From Candidatus Aenigmatarchaeota archaeon (GTDB taxonomy: Archaea > Aenigmatarchaeota > Aenigmatarchaeia > CG10238-14): DNA of 64,000 nucleotides. The DNA lies in contig JAWBZR010000001.1 in assembly GCA_044343545.1 (NCBI GenBank), positions 1 through 64,000 of the forward strand. The letters are read 5' to 3'. This document shows positions 19,078 to 28,891 of this stretch, one piece after another (position 1 is the first letter of the stretch; the number at the start of each line of letters is the position of its first letter). Below the pieces are notes generated by a model. The model had not been told where the DNA came from. It saw nothing but the letters and a program-made list of their open reading frames with translations, and searched no databases. A program made the translations under genes and the position numbers.

Positions 19078-19570
19078 TCTTTATCAAGTCAACTAGCATT
19101 GAAATGGAATAATGACCTGCAAAAGCAACGATGAAATATAAAATCAATCTTCCCATTAACACTGCGACGAAATATTTTTTGAAGTCGTATCTAACTATAC
19201 CGCAAAATACTGTTACGGGATCATCTGGAAATGGTGTTATGCTTACCGCAAAAATCCACCAAAAAAAATTGTATCTTTCAAATGCTTGTCTTACCTTTGC
19301 AATTTCTTTTTGATACTTTTTTTCAAGCAACTCCTTACCTCCCAACCCAACAAGATATTTCACACTGCTACCTGCAGTACTGAAAAAGGCTGCTATTATC
19401 GCAACCAAAGATGGTTCCATGTTAGCGCCCATAGTAAAAATCAATATCGGAAGTGGAAATGGGATAAATAATGCGCTGGAGAGTAAAGAAGTAATCGCCA
19501 AACCTATATAACCTAATTGATCTAAAAATGCGAATATGTCAAATAGCACGTCAATCAAACTAAAAGGCAT
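19067..19570 (-). CDS. DedA/VTT (YqaA-like) membrane protein
   Basis: Hydrophobic; TPFPDD...GR signature. Confidence 0.8.
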   Translation of the reverse strand: MPFSLIDVLFDIFAFLDQLGYIGLAITSLLSSALFIPFPLPILIFTMGANMEPSLVAIIAAFFSTAGSSVKYLVGLGGKELLEKKYQKEIAKVRQAFERYNFFWWIFAVSITPFPDDPVTVFCGIVRYDFKKYFVAVLMGRLILYFIVAFAGHYSISMLVDLIKIIT

Positions 19571-19579
19571 CTTATCATC

Positions 19580-20149
19580 TCATATTAGCACTATTGGTAA
19601 AATAGAAAGCAAAAAAATAAAAAGCCATCCCCAAATAGTCCACATAAATATTTTCGAGCCGTCTAGGGGAGGAAACGGTAAGAGATGAAATATTGCTATT
19701 AAACTATTTATTTTGACTATTAGCTTGGCTATATCACCTTCAATAAAAAGGAATGTGTATGCCAAAAGAAAATTAACAAACAAGCCTGCTAATGTTATCA
19801 TACCAAGATCATATGGGGTAAGCTTTACAAGCTTCAAACCAGACCTACCAAAAGTGTAAGGCGCTATTTCTATAAAACCAGCGACCATAAAACTTATACC
19901 CAACACGGGTTTCAAAAGCATTAAAAAAAGTCCTATAATGACAAGTTTAGGCTTCATTTTATATGTACATAAGCATTGAAGTTTTTTTGCCATTATTTTA
20001 TTGAACATCAATTTAAGTGAGAAAGAAACTGCTATTATACCAAGATACAAGAAATATTTAGAACTCCATTCTGGAAAGGTAAAAAACAAAGATAGTGCTA
20101 GAATGGAAACAAGGATATCTATCAACTCATTTTTTTCAAAAATTTTCAT
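19580..20149 (-). CDS. Site-2 protease (M50) homolog, probably catalytically inactive
   Basis: AGLFVN and LLPFPPLDG present, HEXXH absent. Confidence 0.7.
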   Translation of the reverse strand: MKIFEKNELIDILVSILALSLFFTFPEWSSKYFLYLGIIAVSFSLKLMFNKIMAKKLQCLCTYKMKPKLVIIGLFLMLLKPVLGISFMVAGFIEIAPYTFGRSGLKLVKLTPYDLGMITLAGLFVNFLLAYTFLFIEGDIAKLIVKINSLIAIFHLLPFPPLDGSKIFMWTIWGWLFIFLLSILPIVLI

Positions 20150-20195
20150 AATTATAAATTTTCGATCTCATAATAAATAAATTTGAGGTTTGTTT

Positions 20196-20996
20196 ATGAA
20201 GATAGGCCTTGCCCTTAGTGGTGGCGGGACAAAAGGTTTAGCTCATATAGGTGTGATAAAGGTTCTTGAAAAAAACAATATACCTATAGATTATATAGTT
20301 GGAACAAGTGCTGGTGCCATTATTGGAGGTATTTATGCAAGTGGTACTAGCATAAATGAAATTGAAAAAAAGATAACATCCATGAAAACAAGAGATTTTT
20401 TAAGCTTTTTAATCGATTTCGGAAGGGAAAAGGGAGGTATTATAAAAGCAGAAAAATTAATGAAACAAATAAAGTCGCTCGTCAAAGAAAGACGTATAGA
20501 GAATTTCAAAATCGGTTTCGCTGCCGTAGCTGCAGATATAATAAATTTTAAGGAAGTAGTGTTTGACAAAGGAGACGTGTTACTTGCGATAAGAGCTAGC
20601 ATAGCCTATCCAGGTCTTGTTAGCCCCGTAAAAATAAACAAAAAATTACTTGTTGACGGAGGTATAGTCAACAATTTTCCCATGGATGTATTAAAGAACA
20701 AAGGGATGGATCTCATAATAGGAGTTAGATTCGGTTTTGAGAAAAAAATGAAAAACATCACAGCAAGGAGTGTTGTTCAAAGATCTTTGAGTATGATGGG
20801 TTTTTTCATAAGTGAATATAAAAATAGAGACGTGAAAAATTGCGTAGTGTTAGAACCAAATGTGAGGGGAATAAGCACGTTTAGTGTTTCAGCAAAGTTA
20901 GTGAGAAAGGCTATAAAAGCTGGTGAATCGGAAGCGAGAAAAAAACTTCCACTTATAAAAGAAAGAATTGAAGCAATTAACGAAGCTAATTTATAA
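20196..20996 (+). CDS. Patatin-like phospholipase
   Basis: GGGTKG, GTSAG nucleophile elbow, DGG. Confidence 0.92.
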   Translation: MKIGLALSGGGTKGLAHIGVIKVLEKNNIPIDYIVGTSAGAIIGGIYASGTSINEIEKKITSMKTRDFLSFLIDFGREKGGIIKAEKLMKQIKSLVKERRIENFKIGFAAVAADIINFKEVVFDKGDVLLAIRASIAYPGLVSPVKINKKLLVDGGIVNNFPMDVLKNKGMDLIIGVRFGFEKKMKNITARSVVQRSLSMMGFFISEYKNRDVKNCVVLEPNVRGISTFSVSAKLVRKAIKAGESEARKKLPLIKERIEAINEANL

Positions 20997-21018
20997 TTAA
21001 AGCAATTAATTAATAATT

Positions 21019-22311
21019 GTGACAAAATTCCAGCCCGTAAAAGGAATGAGAGATTTCTTGCCTGAAGACGCCATACTTAGAAACAAGATATTTGAAAAAG
21101 TTAGAAATGTTTTTGAAAGGTTTGGTTTTTCTCCTGCCATCACGCCTTCTTTAGAATATTTTGAAGTCTTTGCAAACAAATATGCTATAGGAGAAGAAAA
21201 TTTAAACAATATTTATCAGTTTAAGGATAAATCTGGTAGAAAGTTGGCATTAAGATTTGACCAAACAGTCCCTTTAGCAAGATTAGTTGCCTGCAATCCT
21301 CACTTGCCAAAACCATTTAAAAGATATGAAATATCGAGAGTTTGGCGGTATGAAGAAATAAGGGCAGGAAGATATAGAGAATTTTGGCAATGCGACATAG
21401 ATATAGTTGGAAGTAAAAGCATGCTTGCTGATGCTGAAGTCATAGCTTGTGCATTATTCGCCTTGAATGAATTGGGGTTTAAAGACGTTTTTATGAGATT
21501 AAACAATAGAAAGTTGTTGAATGCTATAATGCAGTATGCTGATGTAATTGATGGAAACAATGTGTTGAGAATAATAGATAAATTAGATAAGATAGGGTTT
21601 GAAGGTGTCAAAAAAGAGTTAAATGAAATCGGCCTGAAGAAAGAGCAAATAGAAAAGATATTTGAAATAATTAAAATAGAAGGAGAAACTGAAGATGTGT
21701 TAGAAAAAATAAAGTTTCTTGAAAAGTTTCAGTGTGGCAAAGATGGAATAAATGAACTAAAGTCGTTGCTTGAATTCTTAAAGGAAATGGTGGATTTGAA
21801 GCAAATAAAAATTGATCTGAGCTTGGCAAGAGGATTGGATTATTATACATCAAATATTTTTGAGGTATCATCGAGTCAAAAAAATCTGGGAAGCTTGGCG
21901 GGTGGGGGAAGATATGATGAAATGATAGGAAAATTTGTAGGTAGCAAAGAGCCCATACCTGCCGTTGGCATAGCATTAGGAATAGAAAGGATAATAGAGC
22001 TGTTAAAAGATAAGATGGAAAGGAAATCAACGGTTACGAAAATTTTCATAGCAAACGTCTCTGAGAATTGCAAGCTAGAAGCTATAAGAATTGCGAAAAG
22101 ATTGAGAGAAAGAGGAATAAATGTGGAAATTGACTTGATGGATAGAAGTTTAGGAAAACAATTGGAATATGCTAACAAGTGCAAAATACCTTTTGTTCTA
22201 ATAGTAGGTGAAGAGGAAGTGTCTTCAGGTATTTACAAGTTAAGAGATATGGTTAGCGGAGAAGAAAAAATGTTAAGGTTGAATGAAATAGAAGATGTCT
22301 TGAAAGGATAA
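21019..22311 (+). CDS. hisS: Histidine--tRNA ligase
   Basis: LRFDQTVP, GRYREFWQCD, RGLDYY, GGGRYD, anticodon-binding domain. Confidence 0.97.
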   Translation: MTKFQPVKGMRDFLPEDAILRNKIFEKVRNVFERFGFSPAITPSLEYFEVFANKYAIGEENLNNIYQFKDKSGRKLALRFDQTVPLARLVACNPHLPKPFKRYEISRVWRYEEIRAGRYREFWQCDIDIVGSKSMLADAEVIACALFALNELGFKDVFMRLNNRKLLNAIMQYADVIDGNNVLRIIDKLDKIGFEGVKKELNEIGLKKEQIEKIFEIIKIEGETEDVLEKIKFLEKFQCGKDGINELKSLLEFLKEMVDLKQIKIDLSLARGLDYYTSNIFEVSSSQKNLGSLAGGGRYDEMIGKFVGSKEPIPAVGIALGIERIIELLKDKMERKSTVTKIFIANVSENCKLEAIRIAKRLRERGINVEIDLMDRSLGKQLEYANKCKIPFVLIVGEEEVSSGIYKLRDMVSGEEKMLRLNEIEDVLKG

Positions 22312-22314
22312 ACT

Positions 22315-22446
22315 TTATATTAAACTTTCCTCTATTGTAACTGTATTTTGAAAAACAAAACCACAATTTTGACAATAAACTTCTGAAGATGTCAACCTTA
22401 TTGTTTTTTGACCGCACTCAGGACATACTTGATGGCTAATAGCCAC
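22315..22446 (-). CDS. Stand-alone TFIIB-type zinc ribbon protein, 43 aa (not in ORF track)
   Basis: MAISHQVCPECGQKTIRLTSSEVYCQNCGFVFQNTVTIEESLI; GTG start. Confidence 0.7.
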   Translation of the reverse strand: MAISHQVCPECGQKTIRLTSSEVYCQNCGFVFQNTVTIEESLI

Positions 22447-22509
22447 CACTATATATTTTTGTAAAACAAATTTAAAAAGATAAATATATTCTTTCCTTCA
22501 TAATTTGCT

Positions 22510-24327
22510 GTGAGAGAAATGAAATGGAATAAAGTTGTTTGTGACACAAGCATTATAATAGATGGAAGAATATCTCAAATGTTGAAAAATGGGGAAATGG
22601 AGGGAGTGAAAGAGATAATAATACCAAGAGTCGTTTTGGATGAATTGCAAGCTCAAGCATCAAAAGGTAGAGAACCTGGTTTTATCGGCCTCGATGAATT
22701 GAAAAAGATTAGAGCATTATGCGAAGAAAAGAAAATAAATCTTAGATTTTCTGGAGAAAGGCCGAGTTTGGACGATATAAAGCTTGCAAAAGGTGGTAGA
22801 CTTGATGCCATCATAAGAGATGTGGCTAAGGAAGAAGATGCTGTTTTGCTAACTGCAGATTACGTTCAAGCATTAACAGGTGAAGCTGAAGGTGTAAAAA
22901 CCGAATACATACCGCCTGATATCCAGATAAAGGAATTAAGTTTTGAAAAATATTTCACCGAAGATACTATAAGCGTGCATCTCAAAGAAAATGTGAATGT
23001 AGTCGCGAAAAGAGGAAAGCCTGGAAGCATTAAACTAGTTAAATTCGATGAAATACTAACAAGAGATGAATTGCAAAAAATGATATATGAGATAGTAGAG
23101 ACGGCAAGAATAAGAGAAGATGCATTCATAGAAGTAGAGAGTGGCGGTGCCATCATAATACAATTAGGTAACTATAGAATTGCCATAGCAAGACCGCCAT
23201 TCTCTGATGGTTTTGAGATTACCATCGTCAGGCCCATTGTCAAGTTAAAGTTGGAAGATTATAAGCTCTCGTCAAAACTCATTGAAAGGCTGAAAACAAA
23301 AGCTGAAGGTATAATAATAGCTGGTCCTCCCGGAAGCGGTAAGAGCACTCTTGCTGCATCTATAGCAGAGTTTTTAATGAAGGAAAAAAATGCAATTATA
23401 AAGACATTAGAATCGCCTAGAGATTTGCAAGTCCCCGACGAAATCACTCAATATGGCCCGCTAAATGGAGATTTTGCAAGAACAGCAGATATTTTATTGC
23501 TAGTTAGGCCTGATTACACGATATTTGACGAAGTAAGATTGGAAAAACATTTCAAGATATTTTCAGATATGCGTTTATCTGGCATAGGAATGATAGGTGT
23601 CGTTCACGCATCTGAAGCAATAGATGCAATCCAAAGATTCATAGGTAAAATAGAGTTGGGAATGATACCCCATGTAATAGATACTGTCATATTTCTAAAA
23701 GATGGCGAGATAAAAAACGTGTATGAGCTAAAATTGACTGTTAAAGTGCCAACCGGCATGACCGAAGCTGATTTAGCAAGACCTGTAGTGGAAGTAAGAG
23801 ATTTCGAGACAGGGAAGCTTTTTTATGAAATATATTCCTATGGCGAAGAGAATGTAGTCATTCCAATCGAAACGGAATGTAGATCTGCTATTGAAGAACT
23901 TGCCAAAAGAATGATAATGCAAGAGATAAAAAAGTATGACCCCAATGCAGAGATAGTTTTTGTTTCTAACAACAAGGTAAGTGTGAAAGTTGAAAATAAC
24001 TGCATATCAAGATTAATCGGAAGGGAAGGTAGAAATATAAGCGAGATAGAGAGAAAACTTGGAATAAAGATAGATGTTGAGCCAAAGATTTTGAGTATTG
24101 GAAGGGAGGTTGAATATAAAATAATAGAATCCGGAAATTCTATTATTTTCGTTTTCGAAAAATCGTTAAGGGGGAAACAAGTTTCTATTTATGTTGAAAA
24201 TGACTTCCTAGTTTCTGCTACGGTGGGAAAGAGGAACGAAATAAAAATAACCAAATCTTCAGAGATAGGGAAAGAATTGATAAAGGGTCTTGCGAACAAG
24301 AAGCCTATAAAAGTTTTGGTCGGTTAA
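22510..24327 (+). CDS. PINA-type ATPase (PIN domain + ATPase + KH)
   Basis: N-terminal PIN (DTSIIID), Walker A GPPGSGKS, RPDYTIFDEVR, KH IGREG. Confidence 0.92.
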   Translation: MREMKWNKVVCDTSIIIDGRISQMLKNGEMEGVKEIIIPRVVLDELQAQASKGREPGFIGLDELKKIRALCEEKKINLRFSGERPSLDDIKLAKGGRLDAIIRDVAKEEDAVLLTADYVQALTGEAEGVKTEYIPPDIQIKELSFEKYFTEDTISVHLKENVNVVAKRGKPGSIKLVKFDEILTRDELQKMIYEIVETARIREDAFIEVESGGAIIIQLGNYRIAIARPPFSDGFEITIVRPIVKLKLEDYKLSSKLIERLKTKAEGIIIAGPPGSGKSTLAASIAEFLMKEKNAIIKTLESPRDLQVPDEITQYGPLNGDFARTADILLLVRPDYTIFDEVRLEKHFKIFSDMRLSGIGMIGVVHASEAIDAIQRFIGKIELGMIPHVIDTVIFLKDGEIKNVYELKLTVKVPTGMTEADLARPVVEVRDFETGKLFYEIYSYGEENVVIPIETECRSAIEELAKRMIMQEIKKYDPNAEIVFVSNNKVSVKVENNCISRLIGREGRNISEIERKLGIKIDVEPKILSIGREVEYKIIESGNSIIFVFEKSLRGKQVSIYVENDFLVSATVGKRNEIKITKSSEIGKELIKGLANKKPIKVLVG

Positions 24328-24329
24328 AA

Positions 24330-24394
24330 GAGCGGCTCAAAAACTACCTCGCCTTTCATCAAATCAAACCGGGATGGTGATATCATTGCCGCCC
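24330..24394 (-). ncRNA. Box C/D methylation guide sRNA
   Basis: Terminal stem GGGCGGC/GCCGCUC, C box AUGAUA, D' UUGA, C' UGAUGA, D UUGA, guides of 13 and 15 nt, 65 nt total. Confidence 0.75.
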
Positions 24395-24419
24395 AAATAA
24401 TGATTTATGATGAGGGTAT

Positions 24420-24608
24420 TTATTTTTTGCTCTCCATCAACTTCGTCACATAACCAGCAATTTTATTTCTCAAAGTTTTAGAGGTTATTTTCACCAGCTC
24501 GTCCAATACTTTTTTGTTAGTTTCAAAGTCGTCAGAGAATTTATGAGGAAACATTTTTACCAGTTTTTCAGAAAAATTTTTTATTTGCGCTGTTTTTATA
24601 TTTCCCAT
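24420..24608 (-). CDS. rps17e: Ribosomal protein S17e
   Basis: MGNIKT...FSDDFETNK...LRNKIAGYVT. Confidence 0.95.
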   Translation of the reverse strand: MGNIKTAQIKNFSEKLVKMFPHKFSDDFETNKKVLDELVKITSKTLRNKIAGYVTKLMESKK

Positions 24609-24671
24609 TCCTTCACCTTCCAAAATAAATAACCTTCTTATTTTAAGAATTTAAAGGTTTTATGATTAATT

Positions 24672-25913
24672 ATGGTTACTTATTCTGAAATAATTGAGTA
24701 TTACTCAAAAAAGGAAGTTCAAAAAGCCATGGTTGAGTTCGCGAAAAATAGAGAAGTTGTGGGTGTTTATTCTAGTGGAAGTTTTGATAAAAGGCCGAAC
24801 ATAATTTCATTTGAAGAAGATATACTTCAGCTCGTTAAAAAAGGTATAGTGGCTTTTCATTGCTCGGTAGAAAGATGGAGCAACGCGATGAAGCTTGACG
24901 TGAACATGACAGTAAAAGAAATGGAAGATCTAAGGATAGGTTGGGATTTGGTTATAGATCCTGACTGTCCATTCGAGCTTTCTAAGATCGCAACTAGAAA
25001 AATTGTCGAAATGCTAGAAGAGTATAAAATAAGATGCTATTCGGTTAAATTCACGGGCGGAAAAAGTTTTCATATATTTTTGCCCTTTGAAGCTTTCCCT
25101 AAAAAATTAAACAACAAACCTCTAAATGCACTTTATCCTGAAGTACCAAAAATCTTGTTAGAATATATTAAAAGTTATATAAAGGATGAGTTAAGGGATG
25201 AGATCTTAGGGACTTATAGTTTGAAAGATGTTGGAAAAATAGTTGGAAAACCACAAGAAGAATTGTTGAATGGAGACGAGTTTGATCCTTTCAAGGCAGT
25301 AAGTTTGGATACTGCTATAGCCTCGCCACGTCACCTGTTTAGAATGCCATATTCGCTTCATGAAAAAAACTTACTGGTTAGCTTGCCGGTTGAAGACGTG
25401 GAAAATTTTGAAAGAGAAGATGCAAGTATAGAAAATTTTAAATATAAAGGAAGTTTTATGAAAGAGGTTAAGGCTTTTGAAGCAGCTGGGTTGCTTATAG
25501 ATGCTATGGATTTTGCAAAAAAAATTGAGCCTGAAATAAGAAAAGAAAAAATAAACGTGACAAAAAAGGGAAAATATTTTGGTAAGGAAAGTTTTCCGCC
25601 ATGCATTAAAAAATTATTAATGGGAGGGTTAAGCGACGGAAGAAAAAGAGGCCTTTTCATTTTAATAACATTTTTAAGGAATGCTGGGTGGAATTGGGAG
25701 CAAATAGAAAATGAAATAAACGAGTGGAACTCGAAAAACAAACCACTTTCTGCAAGATATATAAACACTCAGATAAGGTGGTTCAAGCAGCAAAAAAAAG
25801 AATTATTACCTCCTAATTGCAATCATCCATTTTATAAGGAGCTTGGGTTGTGTGAAGGGTGTGAAGACATAAAAAATCCATTGAATTATCTTTCCAAGCG
25901 AAGAAAGTCTTAG
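24672..25913 (+). CDS. Fused DNA primase PriS-PriL (DPANN type)
   Basis: AEP motifs WDLVIDPD, FTGGKSFH, RMPYSLH followed by PriL Fe-S region FPPCI...PPNC...C..C..KNPL. Confidence 0.88.
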   Translation: MVTYSEIIEYYSKKEVQKAMVEFAKNREVVGVYSSGSFDKRPNIISFEEDILQLVKKGIVAFHCSVERWSNAMKLDVNMTVKEMEDLRIGWDLVIDPDCPFELSKIATRKIVEMLEEYKIRCYSVKFTGGKSFHIFLPFEAFPKKLNNKPLNALYPEVPKILLEYIKSYIKDELRDEILGTYSLKDVGKIVGKPQEELLNGDEFDPFKAVSLDTAIASPRHLFRMPYSLHEKNLLVSLPVEDVENFEREDASIENFKYKGSFMKEVKAFEAAGLLIDAMDFAKKIEPEIRKEKINVTKKGKYFGKESFPPCIKKLLMGGLSDGRKRGLFILITFLRNAGWNWEQIENEINEWNSKNKPLSARYINTQIRWFKQQKKELLPPNCNHPFYKELGLCEGCEDIKNPLNYLSKRRKS

Positions 25914-25953
25914 CTAAGCGTCTATTTTAATTTTAAACCATAAATTCTAAATT

Positions 25954-26484
25954 ATGGAAGAGGCTATTACATTCGAATATATAAGAGAGGTTCAGAGAAG
26001 TGAGCAAAGAAGTCAACAGTTGAGCAAGTTACCAGATGATTTTTTTGAAAAGGTAAAGGAATATATTTCTAGAAAAAGAGAACTTGCAAAAAAGAACGAT
26101 GATGCTCTTTTGGAGATAAAAAACATTGAAAGAATAATAGAAGATATTTACAATAGAAGGGAAAATAAAATAGTTTCTCTTGCCATACTTTCAGTTAGAA
26201 CAGGCCTTATACCTGCAAATATGCTACCTCATGAAGAGGAGTTGTTTGAGCAGCTAACAAAATCGTTGAGAAAAAGTAGGGTATTCTTGGATAATTTGCT
26301 GGAGAAACCTTTAAGAAAGCAAACTGATTATATAAAATTAGAATTTTTAGAAGAAATAGAAGAGTTCGTAGGCATAGATTTAAAAAAATTCGGTCCATAC
26401 AATAAAGGAGATAAAGCATTGATACCAAAAGAAAATGCAGAATTGTTTATAAAAGCAGGAAAAGCTAAAAGGGTGGATGAATGA
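25954..26484 (+). CDS. GINS complex subunit (Gins15/51-type)
   Basis: [16 protein letters not shown]-terminal B domain; conserved primase-GINS-rpl44e-rps27e order. Confidence 0.85.
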   Translation: MEEAITFEYIREVQRSEQRSQQLSKLPDDFFEKVKEYISRKRELAKKNDDALLEIKNIERIIEDIYNRRENKIVSLAILSVRTGLIPANMLPHEEELFEQLTKSLRKSRVFLDNLLEKPLRKQTDYIKLEFLEEIEEFVGIDLKKFGPYNKGDKALIPKENAELFIKAGKAKRVDE

Positions 26485-26762
26485 ACTATCCTCAACAAAT
26501 GAAGACATTTTGTAAATTTTGTAAGAAACATACCTTGCATACTGTGGAAATTGTGAAAAAAAAGCCAAGAAGAACATTAGCTCAAGGCCAAAGAAGATAT
26601 CTAAGAAAGCTTAAAGGCTATACAAGCTTTCCGAGGCCAAAACCTGAACATGAAAAGGCTGTAAAAAAAGTTGATTTGAGATTTAAATGTAGTGTTTGTG
26701 GGAAAAAGCATACAAGAGGTGAAGGTTTCAGGTCTAAAAAATTCCAACTGAAAAAGGTGTGA
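26481..26762 (+). CDS. rpl44e: Ribosomal protein L44e
   Basis: CxxCxxHT...GQRRY...CxxCGK. Confidence 0.96.
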   Translation: MNYPQQMKTFCKFCKKHTLHTVEIVKKKPRRTLAQGQRRYLRKLKGYTSFPRPKPEHEKAVKKVDLRFKCSVCGKKHTRGEGFRSKKFQLKKV

Positions 26763-26766
26763 GATT

Positions 26767-26952
26767 ATGGAAATTATACCTATGCCAAAAAGTAGATTTT
26801 TAAAAGTTCAATGTGAAAAATGCAAAAACGAACAAATAATATTCAATAAACCAGCAACTGTCGTGAAATGTTTGGTTTGCGAAAACGTTTTGGCAGAACC
26901 TACGGGCGGAATAGGTAAGATAAAAGCAAAGATTTTAAAGATAATTTCATAA
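26767..26952 (+). CDS. rps27e: Ribosomal protein S27e
   Basis: [13 protein letters not shown]...CxxC...PTGG. Confidence 0.96.
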   Translation: MEIIPMPKSRFLKVQCEKCKNEQIIFNKPATVVKCLVCENVLAEPTGGIGKIKAKILKIIS

Positions 26953-26961
26953 GCTGATTTT

Positions 26962-28455
26962 ATGGCAAACTTGGAAACTATACAGAGACTTTGCGTAACG
27001 AGAGGTATAATATTTCCCACTGCAGAAATATATGGAGGTTTAAGTGGCTGCTTCGATTATGGCCCGATTGGTGTAGCAATAAAAAGAAATTTCTTGAATT
27101 ATTGGAGGGAATGGTTTATAAAAAGTGAAGAAAACATCGCAGAGATGGATGGGGCAGTGATATTACCAGAAAAGGTATTGATAGCATCCGGCCATGTAAG
27201 CTCGTTTGTAGATCCGATCACACAATGTAAAAAATGCAAAAGCATATATAGAGCAGACAATTTAATTGAAGAAAAAACTGGAAAATTTGTTGAGGGTAAA
27301 TCAGTGGAAGAGTTGACAAAAATAATAAAGGAAGAAAATATTGTTTGTCCGAGCTGCAAAGGAGAATTGAGTGATGTAAAATTTTTCAATCTCATGTTCA
27401 AGACTTTTGTCGGACCTGCTGGCGATATTCCTGCCTATTTAAGGCCTGAAACTGCTCAAAACATATTCATTAATTTCAAACGTATTTTTCGTTTAATGAG
27501 AGGTAAGTTGCCTCTTGGCATAGCTCAACACGGTCATGCCTTTAGAAATGAAATATCAGCAAGACAGTTTATTATACGTTCAAGAGAGTTCAATCAGATT
27601 GAAATAGAAATGTTTTTTGACCCAGAAAACGAGGGTTGCGAAAATTTTGAAAAGGTGAAAAATGTCGAAATAATCCTCTTAACACGAGAGGCTCAAATAA
27701 AAGGGGGCAATGCGATAAAAATTAAGGTGGGTGATGCGGTAGAAAAAAAGATTTTACCAAACAAGTGGATGGGTTATTTCTTGGCTAAGGAATTTGAATT
27801 TTTCAAATCTCTAGGCATAAAAGAAGAAAATATGCGGTTTAGGCACATGCTACCTGAAGAAACGCCACACTATTCTGGAGGTAATTTTGACTTGGAAGTA
27901 AAGTTTGACTTTGGTTGGAAGGAAATTGTTGGAAATGCTTACAGAACAGATCATGACCTCAAAAATCATTCCAAATTCTCAAAGGAAGATCTTAGTGTCT
28001 CGATTAACGGCAAAAAGATTATTCCTCACGTTGTCGAACCATCCTTTGGATTGGAAAGGATTTTGTATGCGATTTTGCTTGAAAGTTTTGTAGAAGACAA
28101 AGAAAGAGGGTGGAATTGGCTCAAATTACCGAAAATGTTGGCACCTTTCATTGCTTGTGTTTATCCACTTGTTAGCAAGGATAACTTACCTGAAAAGGCA
28201 AGAGAAGTTTATGAGATGTTAAAGAAAGATTTTGATGTATTTTTTGATGAGAGTGGTTCTATTGGAAAAAGATATGCAAGAGCGGATGAAATAGGTGTAC
28301 CATTCTGCATAACTATAGATTACCAAACATTAAAAGATGGCACAGTCACCGTAAGAGATAGGGACACGACAAAACAAATAAGAATAAAGATTGACGAATT
28401 ACCAGAGTTTTTAAATTCAATAAAGAAAAAACAAAATAAAAACCAAAATTTTTAA
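26962..28455 (+). CDS. glyS: Glycine--tRNA ligase (alpha2 type)
   Basis: YLRPETAQ, FRNEIS, EPSFGLER, anticodon-binding domain. Confidence 0.96.
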   Translation: MANLETIQRLCVTRGIIFPTAEIYGGLSGCFDYGPIGVAIKRNFLNYWREWFIKSEENIAEMDGAVILPEKVLIASGHVSSFVDPITQCKKCKSIYRADNLIEEKTGKFVEGKSVEELTKIIKEENIVCPSCKGELSDVKFFNLMFKTFVGPAGDIPAYLRPETAQNIFINFKRIFRLMRGKLPLGIAQHGHAFRNEISARQFIIRSREFNQIEIEMFFDPENEGCENFEKVKNVEIILLTREAQIKGGNAIKIKVGDAVEKKILPNKWMGYFLAKEFEFFKSLGIKEENMRFRHMLPEETPHYSGGNFDLEVKFDFGWKEIVGNAYRTDHDLKNHSKFSKEDLSVSINGKKIIPHVVEPSFGLERILYAILLESFVEDKERGWNWLKLPKMLAPFIACVYPLVSKDNLPEKAREVYEMLKKDFDVFFDESGSIGKRYARADEIGVPFCITIDYQTLKDGTVTVRDRDTTKQIRIKIDELPEFLNSIKKKQNKNQNF

Positions 28456-28461
28456 ATGATT

Positions 28462-28656
28462 TTATTTTTTTCTCAAGAAAGGCAAGCCGGTTTTTGGATT
28501 TTCAACAACCTTGTAGCCTGATGGCAAGTCAATTGCTCCTTTTGCATCTTTGCTAAAATAGTAAATTGTTTGCATCTTTCCTGTACTTTTTAGCTTTACC
28601 GTCTTTGAATGCAAATAGTATTTTTGGCCTTTCTTGTTTTTATACTCAAATGCCAC
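28462..28656 (-). CDS. Small basic hypothetical protein
   Basis: 64-aa Lys/Tyr-rich ORF; SD-like AGGGGTGA 6 nt before GTG. Confidence 0.75.
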   Translation of the reverse strand: MAFEYKNKKGQKYYLHSKTVKLKSTGKMQTIYYFSKDAKGAIDLPSGYKVVENPKTGLPFLRKK

Positions 28657-28723
28657 TCATTATCACCCCTAAGCATATATTTGATATCGAATATATAAAA
28701 ATATTTTAGAAAATTCAGGTTTT

Positions 28724-28891
28724 TCAAATAAAAAACAGCAAAAAACCCAGGGCCATAAGAAGTAAACCAAAAATTACTATGGCATTGCTTATTGCCAGCG
28801 GTTGATGTCCTATTGTAGTAGTTAAAAATAAAATAGTGGCTATGCCTACTATTATAAAGCCGACACCAAACAATTTTGTTAGAAACGGCAT
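28724..28891 (-). CDS. 55-aa two-TM microprotein (not in ORF track)
   Basis: MPFLTKLFGVGFIIVGIATILFLTTTIGHQPLAISNAIVIFGLLLMALGFLLFFI; ATG immediately follows the upstream TAA. Confidence 0.65.
   Translation of the reverse strand: MPFLTKLFGVGFIIVGIATILFLTTTIGHQPLAISNAIVIFGLLLMALGFLLFFI

Noticed and set aside
22510..24327. Second pilus/secretion ATPase
   Set aside because: PIN and KH domains identify a PINA-type nucleic acid ATPase rather than a pilus motor or toxin-antitoxin gene
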